Shown: positions 57,958-64,000 of the stretch, one piece after another
How positions within the stretch are numbered: position 1 is the first letter of the stretch
How the letters are laid out: the number at the start of each line of letters is the position of its first letter
Source of the DNA: Ignavibacteriota bacterium
GTDB lineage: Bacteria > Bacteroidota > Ignavibacteria > UBA10030 > UBA6906
Direction of reading: 5' to 3'
Assembly (NCBI GenBank): GCA_963752915.1
Contig: CAVVZZ010000002.1
Location: forward strand, 129,092 to 193,091
DNA length: 64,000 nt
The notes under the pieces: generated by a model
Told to the model about the DNA's origin: nothing
Databases searched by the model: none
The model's input: only the letters and a program-made list of their open reading frames with translations
Made by a program: the position numbers and the translations under genes

Positions 57958-59202
57958 TCAGAGTTCCAGAATAGTTCCGTTTTTGATGATCGTCCGGATG
58001 TGGTTCGTCCCGAAATGATAGGAAAGAAACCTGTAATCCGGGATCGCTGCAAGGACAATATCTGCATGCTTTCCGATTTCAATACTGCCGTGGGTGTCCG
58101 AACGATCGAGGGCTGCAGCCGCGTTCAGCGTGGCCGCAGTAATGCATTCTTCCGGTGTCATCCGCATGTGGGTGCACGCGATGGTCATCATCAATGGCAT
58201 GGAATAGCTCATGCACGAGCCGGGATTGAAATCGGAGGCCAGAGCGACAGGGACACCGGCGTCGATCAACTTCCTGGCCGGAGCGTATCCATGATTGAGA
58301 AAGAACGAAACCCCCGGAAGGAGAACAGCGACGGTTCCTGCGGCAGCAAGAGACCGGACCCCATCCTCGGAGATCTTCTCGAGATGGTCCACCGATGTTG
58401 CTCCCATCCGGGCGCCCAGTTCAGCACCGCCGAGACTGGTAAGTTCCTCAGCGTGGATCTTTCCCTTCAACCCGTGGGTCGCAGCGGCGGCCAGGACACG
58501 TTCTGTCTGCGCAAGATCGTAGTATCCGCGCTCACAAAACACATCGCAGTACTGAGCAAGGTGCTTCGCAGCGACGTATGGGAGCATCGTATCGACAATG
58601 AGCGAGACGTAGCTGTCAGGTTCCGCGCTGTACTCCGGCGGAACCGCGTGAGCACCGAGGAAGGTTGCGACAATGTCGGGAAGTTCCTCGTCTGCCAACT
58701 CCCGGATCGCTTCCAGCATCATGATCTCGGCGTCCACGGTGAGCCCGTACCCGGACTTGATCTCGATCGTTGTCGTGCCCTGCCGCAGCATTTCTGTCAG
58801 GTGCCGCCGGGCCGACTTTTTCAGATCCCGCTTCGTCGCCGCCCGTACGGAACGGATCGTATTGAGAATTCCTCCACCCTGTTCGGCGATCTGCTGGTAG
58901 GTCAGGCCGTCACACCGCATGGCAAACTCCCGCTCCCTGCTCCCTGCAAAAACCGTATGCGTGTGCGGATCGACAAAGCCCGGCAGAGCCACTATCCCGC
59001 TCCCATCCAACACCGACATTTCATCCCCGAGGGGGCGGTTGAAATCTTCAGTGCGGCCGACCCAGGCAATTTTTCCCTCCTGACAGAGAACGGCTCCGTC
59101 TTCGATTACTCCGAGATCCCGCATCTCCGGGCCGCATTTCGTCCTTTGGCCCTTTGCCGCGACCGTGACGAGTTGTCGGATGTTCCGTATGAAAAGATTC
59201 AT
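57958..59202 (-). CDS. hutI: imidazolonepropionase
   Basis: Amidohydrolase metal site GFVDPHTHTVFAGSR, later HAE and DFNPGS motifs. Confidence 0.9.
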   Translation of the reverse strand: MNLFIRNIRQLVTVAAKGQRTKCGPEMRDLGVIEDGAVLCQEGKIAWVGRTEDFNRPLGDEMSVLDGSGIVALPGFVDPHTHTVFAGSREREFAMRCDGLTYQQIAEQGGGILNTIRSVRAATKRDLKKSARRHLTEMLRQGTTTIEIKSGYGLTVDAEIMMLEAIRELADEELPDIVATFLGAHAVPPEYSAEPDSYVSLIVDTMLPYVAAKHLAQYCDVFCERGYYDLAQTERVLAAAATHGLKGKIHAEELTSLGGAELGARMGATSVDHLEKISEDGVRSLAAAGTVAVLLPGVSFFLNHGYAPARKLIDAGVPVALASDFNPGSCMSYSMPLMMTIACTHMRMTPEECITAATLNAAAALDRSDTHGSIEIGKHADIVLAAIPDYRFLSYHFGTNHIRTIIKNGTILEL

Positions 59203-59280
59203 GGAGATTGAAGAGGGTGGACGGAGGGCGATGGGTCAAGATACAAAAACCCTTGAACTTTCGCAAAGATCCCAGTGTCC

Positions 59281-60441
59281 TCAGCGTTGACGAGCTCTCA
59301 CATAGGCGAGGATCCGACCCGAAAGCTGGGGGGATTCCGAGCCGAGGCGTTGCGCTTGTTCATATTTCAGGAAGAAGTCCGAAGGCCCGCGGGCGATTGT
59401 TTCAGCGAGAGCCTGACTCCCCAGCGTCCGATCGATTTCGCGCGCGATCACCATACCGGTGATGGACCCATAGCTTTCCCAATAGCCGGACGTATTTGCC
59501 AATTGGAGAATCTGGGCTGCGCGACCTGGCGATGTTGCCGGGTTGAGGAGTTCTTCCGCGCGCCGATTGAAATCCTCCACGGCCCTTCGTGTGCGATCAG
59601 CCCAGTCGAGGACGAGCCGGCCCCGTGTCCGTTGAAGGAGGGACAAATAGTAGGCGATCCCCTCGTTCTGTGTGAGGTCCAGGAGCTCGTCGAGCGGGCC
59701 TCTGGGAGATGCATAATACGCTCGCCACACCGGCGAATCGTCTTTGTAAGCACCGAATGCCGCATGGAAGACCTCATGGGCCACGACACTCATGAGACCG
59801 AGGAAGCGGGCATCGACGGATTCACCATAGTGAACGGCCTTCGCAAGGTTCACAACAATCGTCAACTCCCCGCTCCCTTCCCCCACAAATTCCGGCACGT
59901 CATGGTGCCAAACGATGCGGCGGACGAACGCGTCGATGTTCTGGGGACCAAACGACACAAAGTAGACCGGGACGCGTGCGGTCAGCCGTGCATCCGACGG
60001 GAACAACTGCTTCACGGTCGCGATCACCTTCTCTCCGAAGTTGCGCTTCTTGACGACATCGAGCAGCTCCCGCATTGCGGCCCCATTCTTCCGCGCATCC
60101 TCCATCTGGAAGGGATCATCGCCGAGCGATTGATTGAACTTCACCGATTCCAGGGCGGAGTCCAGAGACCCCATGCTCAGCGACCTTCCCGCCAGCAGCG
60201 CCGTTGTCGCGAGGGCAACACGGCTCCCTTTCAGTTCTGAAATCACTGCGGGCGTCCCGCCCAGTCCGTTGTACAGGTCGATCGTCTGGTCGGCTGATGC
60301 GAAGTTGAGGTCAAGGAAGAGATTGAAGTGTTCGAATCCCTGGGCGGATCCCTGCTGCAGAATACCGGGGAGCAGTGCACCGACGAACAATGCGACTCTC
60401 GCGCACGAGCGGGGGCCGATGCTGATCCTCCGGCGCCTCAT
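59281..60441 (-). CDS. secreted putative zinc metallopeptidase (HExxH...NEGIA, peptidase-MA-like) of unknown specificity
   Basis: Signal peptide. VAHEVFHAAFG followed by NEGIAYY, the same HExxH-(~20)-EG[IL]A arrangement as the N-domain of the 945-aa fusion protein. Confidence 0.5.
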   Translation of the reverse strand: MRRRRISIGPRSCARVALFVGALLPGILQQGSAQGFEHFNLFLDLNFASADQTIDLYNGLGGTPAVISELKGSRVALATTALLAGRSLSMGSLDSALESVKFNQSLGDDPFQMEDARKNGAAMRELLDVVKKRNFGEKVIATVKQLFPSDARLTARVPVYFVSFGPQNIDAFVRRIVWHHDVPEFVGEGSGELTIVVNLAKAVHYGESVDARFLGLMSVVAHEVFHAAFGAYKDDSPVWRAYYASPRGPLDELLDLTQNEGIAYYLSLLQRTRGRLVLDWADRTRRAVEDFNRRAEELLNPATSPGRAAQILQLANTSGYWESYGSITGMVIAREIDRTLGSQALAETIARGPSDFFLKYEQAQRLGSESPQLSGRILAYVRARQR

Positions 60442-61679
60442 GGCATGAAGAGAAATGGAACATGCAGCACCGACAGGATTCCAAACCGGATCGCCGTCTC
60501 TCTCCTCGCCTGCGGGACAAACCAGGCAAAGTACCCGGCCTTCACGACGGTATTGCTCATCATCGAGAGGATAATCGCCTTCGACGCAACCCCGCCGAGC
60601 GCATCCGGATTTCGTACGATCGACAGCATGAACGGAGCGATGTCGGTCACCCCGACGAGTGACGCAAGGGTCATGAGCCCGGCACTTCCAGCGAAGTCCG
60701 TCACGATCGACGTCACGATGGACATGAGGACAAACAGGCCGGCGAACACCAGCGACGGCGTAATCTCAAACGGGTTTTCGAGTCCGGGAATGTCACGATA
60801 GTCCAACGACTTCGGATCGCTCCGGGTGCGGAATGACACCGCGAGTCCGATCACTGCCAGCGCACAAAGCTTCCACCAGATCAGCGAGACAAATATCGGA
60901 CTGACCAACGCGATCAACACCAGACTCCGGAGATACATGACGCTGCTCGCAAGGAGAGAAGCCTGCAGCGCATCGCCTGCCACCTCCGGCGACCGTCGCG
61001 CCATCCTGCCCCCCGCGAGGGTCACCGCGGTGCTGGACACGGTCCCGCCGAGAAGTCCGGAGAGCCACAGCCCAACCTTCGGGCCGAACCGCTTGATCAT
61101 GATGTATCCGAAGAACCCGATCGTCGACACCAGGATGACGATCTTCCAGATGCTGGCGGGATTCAGATGGAACCGGGTATACTCCTGGTCGGGGAGGGCC
61201 GGGAGAATAATCAACGTCACAAGAAGGAATTTGACCGTGGCCAGGATGTCCACGCGATCCAGGTCGGTCACGAGTTTTTCCAGCCTCGCTTTTTCCGACA
61301 GCAGCATCGTGTTAACGATGCCGAGCGCCATGGGAATCCAGATATCCACGAGAAGCGCAAGCGCACCGACGACGAACGTCAGCAGTGCGGAAGCCTCGCT
61401 GGTCGAGCCGTATCGCTCGTTTCTCGTTTTCGCATAATACGCAATGCCCGTAAGAATGGTGATCGACAGCAGACCGACGGGAAGGACGGCGGTTGCGCCG
61501 ATTTTGTAGAGCCATGCGCAGCCGAAGCCATACAGGCTGATGATCGGATGTGTCCGGACCCCCCCGAAGACGAGCTTTTGGTGCTCGATCTTTGTGCTCT
61601 CCCGCTCCAATCCGACCAGAAATCCGAGGGCAAGGGCGACCCCCAGGCGCATTTCGAACGTCCATTCGAAGCCGGTCAT
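60438..61679 (-). CDS. MgtC/SapB-family membrane protein with C-terminal DUF4010-like domain
   Basis: N-terminal MgtC-like LALGFLVGLERE. About 10 TM helices. 4-nt overlaps with neighbours. Confidence 0.7.
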   Translation of the reverse strand: MTGFEWTFEMRLGVALALGFLVGLERESTKIEHQKLVFGGVRTHPIISLYGFGCAWLYKIGATAVLPVGLLSITILTGIAYYAKTRNERYGSTSEASALLTFVVGALALLVDIWIPMALGIVNTMLLSEKARLEKLVTDLDRVDILATVKFLLVTLIILPALPDQEYTRFHLNPASIWKIVILVSTIGFFGYIMIKRFGPKVGLWLSGLLGGTVSSTAVTLAGGRMARRSPEVAGDALQASLLASSVMYLRSLVLIALVSPIFVSLIWWKLCALAVIGLAVSFRTRSDPKSLDYRDIPGLENPFEITPSLVFAGLFVLMSIVTSIVTDFAGSAGLMTLASLVGVTDIAPFMLSIVRNPDALGGVASKAIILSMMSNTVVKAGYFAWFVPQARRETAIRFGILSVLHVPFLFMP

Positions 61680-62308
61680 GACACAAGCGCCTGTTCGTGC
61701 ATCAGCATGCGGATCTTTGCCACGACCATATCGATGGCGACAATGTTCTGAGAGCCGCGGGGGATGATAATGTCGGCCCAGTGCTTGCTCGGCTCGACAA
61801 ATTCAAGGTGCATCGGTTTTACGGTGTGCATATACTGGTCCATCACGGACTCCACCGATCTCCCGCGCTCAAGGATATCCCGGCGAATCCTCCGGATCAG
61901 CCGTTCGTCGGCATCCGTGTCGACGAAAATCTTGATGTCCATGAGGTCGCGCAGCTCCTTATCGACAAAGATCAGGATGCCGTCAACGATGATGATATCG
62001 CGCGGTTCAACACGACGTCGCGCGTCGAGCCGGCGATGCGTGGTAAAATTGTAGATCGGCTCCTCGATCGCCCGCCGCTCCTTCAGTTCTTTCAGATTGT
62101 GAATCAACAATTCTGTTTCGAGCGAATCCGGATGATCAAAATTGACCTCCGCCGCGGCCGTCCCGCCGAATGTGCTCAGGTCCTTGTAGTACGAATCGTG
62201 CTGAAGAACGGCCACCTGGGAACTGTCCAGACGCTCAAGAATTTTGTTCGTCACCGAAGTTTTTCCGGAGCCCGTTCCCCCGGCGATGCCTATGATGAGA
62301 GAATCCAT
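61676..62308 (-). CDS. udk: uridine kinase
   Basis: P-loop [24 protein letters not shown] motifs. Start at the internal Met (track ORF 61676..62638 has an improbable 110-aa extension). Confidence 0.85.
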   Translation of the reverse strand: MDSLIIGIAGGTGSGKTSVTNKILERLDSSQVAVLQHDSYYKDLSTFGGTAAAEVNFDHPDSLETELLIHNLKELKERRAIEEPIYNFTTHRRLDARRRVEPRDIIIVDGILIFVDKELRDLMDIKIFVDTDADERLIRRIRRDILERGRSVESVMDQYMHTVKPMHLEFVEPSKHWADIIIPRGSQNIVAIDMVVAKIRMLMHEQALVS

Positions 62309-62543
62309 AGTGTCCGCAGAAATTTTTTGTGCAGTAAGGTACACGAGAAATGTGCGGAAAGCAACAGCTCTTCGGCGCGTCACCGCGTGCACGAGGCGGG
62401 AACGCGTGCCGCGGAACCAGCGTTGTGTGCCGGGATGTTTTAAGAGCGGAATACGATGCGCAAGGTGGCAAAACATTCCTGACCGTTTTTCGTATATTGT
62501 ACGGCGGCATATCCCATGGAATCTGAACGGAGTTGACTCGTCA

Positions 62544-63407
62544 ATGAACACAATGAAGTCTGTCTTCCTGATGGCGCTTCTCACCGTCCTCGTCGTCCTG
62601 GTCGGGAACTGGGTCGGCGGACGGAACGGAATGTACATCGCATTCCTGTTCGCAATGGTGATGAACTTCGGCAGCTACTGGTTCAGCGCCAAGATCGTGC
62701 TGGGCATGTACCACGCGCAGGAAGTGACCCGCGATCAGCTTCCCTGGCTGTTCGACATGATCCAGGACCTCACCGGAAGAGCCGGTCTGCCGATGCCGAA
62801 GGTGTACGTCATTCCGCAGGAACAACCGAACGCTTTTGCCACGGGCCGCGACCCCAACCACGCGGCGGTCGCCGTCACCGAGGGCATCATGCGGACGCTC
62901 AGCAAGGAGGAACTCCGCGGCGTCCTCAGCCACGAACTTGCCCATGTTCAACACCACGACATTCTCATCGGGACGATCGCGGCAACAATGGCTGGAGCGA
63001 TCAGCATGCTGGCAAACATGGCACAGTGGGCGATGATCTTCGGAGGGGGCGGACGTTCGAACGACCGCGACGGCGGCAGTCCTCTCGGCGGACTTGTCAT
63101 GATTATCGTCGCGCCCATTGCGGCGTTGCTGATTCAGATGGCAATTTCGCGGTCACGCGAATTTGCGGCGGATGAAGGGGGTGCAAAAATCTCCGGGGAT
63201 CCGCTGGCCCTCGCGAGCGCCCTGAAGAAACTCGAGGCAAAAACCGAAACGATTTCCATGGACGCCTCTCCTGCCACTGCACATATGTTTATCGTGAACC
63301 CGCTCAGACCCGGCGGATTGATGTCCCTCTTCAGTACGCATCCTCCAATGGAGGAACGGATCGGCAGGTTGGAAGCGATGGCCTACGGCCGCCCGGCGGG
63401 AGCCTGA
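62544..63407 (+). CDS. htpX: zinc metalloprotease HtpX (M48 family)
   Basis: Two N-terminal TM helices, HELAHV zinc motif, later E residue. Start at the internal Met (MNTMKSVFL). Confidence 0.9.
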   Translation: MNTMKSVFLMALLTVLVVLVGNWVGGRNGMYIAFLFAMVMNFGSYWFSAKIVLGMYHAQEVTRDQLPWLFDMIQDLTGRAGLPMPKVYVIPQEQPNAFATGRDPNHAAVAVTEGIMRTLSKEELRGVLSHELAHVQHHDILIGTIAATMAGAISMLANMAQWAMIFGGGGRSNDRDGGSPLGGLVMIIVAPIAALLIQMAISRSREFAADEGGAKISGDPLALASALKKLEAKTETISMDASPATAHMFIVNPLRPGGLMSLFSTHPPMEERIGRLEAMAYGRPAGA

Positions 63408-63426
63408 TGGATATTCCGGAGCTACG

Positions 63427-63771
63427 ATGAGTCGGGGAGTGATTCTCGGAGTGTTCCTTGCCGTCATTCTCGCGACGATGGCCATCATCCTCCTGGTGAG
63501 TCAGAAGGACGCCGTCGTTGGCGACAACGCTCACAACATCCTCGGGATCGTTGAATCTTCTCTGATGAAACAGTACGTCGATCCTGCCAAACAGGATTCC
63601 CTCCACCACGAATTCCTCGCAATCCACGAGAAGGTCCGCCAGGGAGAGGCAGACTCCGCGGGTCTTCGAAGACTTGTCCGCAAATTCTATGAGTACTATG
63701 GAGACGGCAGGATCGATTCGCTGGAAGCGAAGGTTCTGGCGAGAAATGTGGAGGACCTGGCAAACAGGTAA
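63427..63771 (+). CDS. membrane-anchored hypothetical protein
   Basis: N-terminal TM helix (VILGVFLAVILATMAIILLV) then soluble helical domain. No family recognised. Confidence 0.4.
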   Translation: MSRGVILGVFLAVILATMAIILLVSQKDAVVGDNAHNILGIVESSLMKQYVDPAKQDSLHHEFLAIHEKVRQGEADSAGLRRLVRKFYEYYGDGRIDSLEAKVLARNVEDLANR

Positions 63772-64000
63772 CGTTTTCGCCGCGCGGCAAGTGATGCGCG
63801 CTGCCGCGTCTTCAATGTCGTTTCGTGTTCCCCTTCTGCTTCTGCCCTCCACGGAGTTTCTTTTCCCACCGCCCTAACGCTTTGCGCACTTCGGCCGGCG
63901 CCGTCGACCCCGCAGACTTTTTGGCGCGGATGCTTGCCCGGGGATCGATCAGCTCCAAGGCGGAAGAATTGAACAAGGTTGAAAACCCCTGGAGATCCGG

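Noticed and set aside
1-64000. CRISPR arrays, IS elements, integrases, phage genes
   Set aside because: No spaced direct repeats of 25-40 bp. No transposase, integrase or recombinase-like ORFs. Gene content is housekeeping or metabolic.
63790-64000. Possible partial gene at the right edge: plus-strand start near 63920 (MLARGSISSKAEELNKVENPW...) versus minus-strand ORF ending TGA 63812-63814
   Set aside because: Both frames are open to the window edge and neither product is recognisable. The strand cannot be assigned from about 200 nt. A hairpin at about 63787-63810 (GCGGCA...TGCCGC) may terminate the upstream gene instead.

Overview
64-kb GC-rich (roughly 60%+) bacterial chromosomal window, gene-dense on both strands. 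Three proteins end in Por-secretion/T9SS-type C-terminal sorting domains and a Bacteroidetes-type PUR-like (DUF3276) protein is present, so an FCB-group lineage is inferred. Despite that, many intergenic regions carry classical sigma70 TTGnnn-N17-TAnnnT promoters.

Left third (2.3-16.8 kb, all minus strand): a [NiFe]-hydrogenase supercluster. Order along the transcript is an unknown lipoprotein, hypA, hypB, a 245-bp gap, hoxE-F-U-Y-H (bidirectional NAD(P)-linked group 3 hydrogenase), the hoxW endopeptidase, hypF, hypC, hypD, a CoA-binding protein, an MFS transporter, hypE and two small unknown ORFs. The cluster is transcribed divergently from glnD through back-to-back promoters that share one palindromic -35 hexamer.

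Middle: murI; a catalytically degenerate stand-alone ABC ATPase behind a 290-nt stem-loop-rich leader; an LTD/T9SS secreted protein; an orphan receiver domain; an esterase; ahcY-metK; idi-2 plus a polyprenyl synthase; ptsH-ptsI; a PGI/PMI. Then a translationally coupled operon encoding a 945-aa peptidase-MA / beta-propeller / Omp85-barrel fusion (architecture reminiscent of type Vd autotransporters), a BamB-like PQQ propeller lipoprotein and a PEGA protein, followed by crp/fnr, PHP and ribH.

Right third: an AsnB-like amidotransferase lacking the catalytic Cys; yceD-rpmF-plsX-fabH-fabD-(Cys-rich DUF)-fabG-acpP-fabF-rnc; a single-POTRA Omp85; rsmE; hutI-ftcD; an MgtC-like protein; udk; htpX.

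Three conserved genes (hypF, murI and a second CoA-binding gene) show apparent 1-bp frameshifts. No rRNA, tRNA, CRISPR array, transposase or integrase was recognised. Hand-derived coordinates of small motifs may be off by 1-2 bp.
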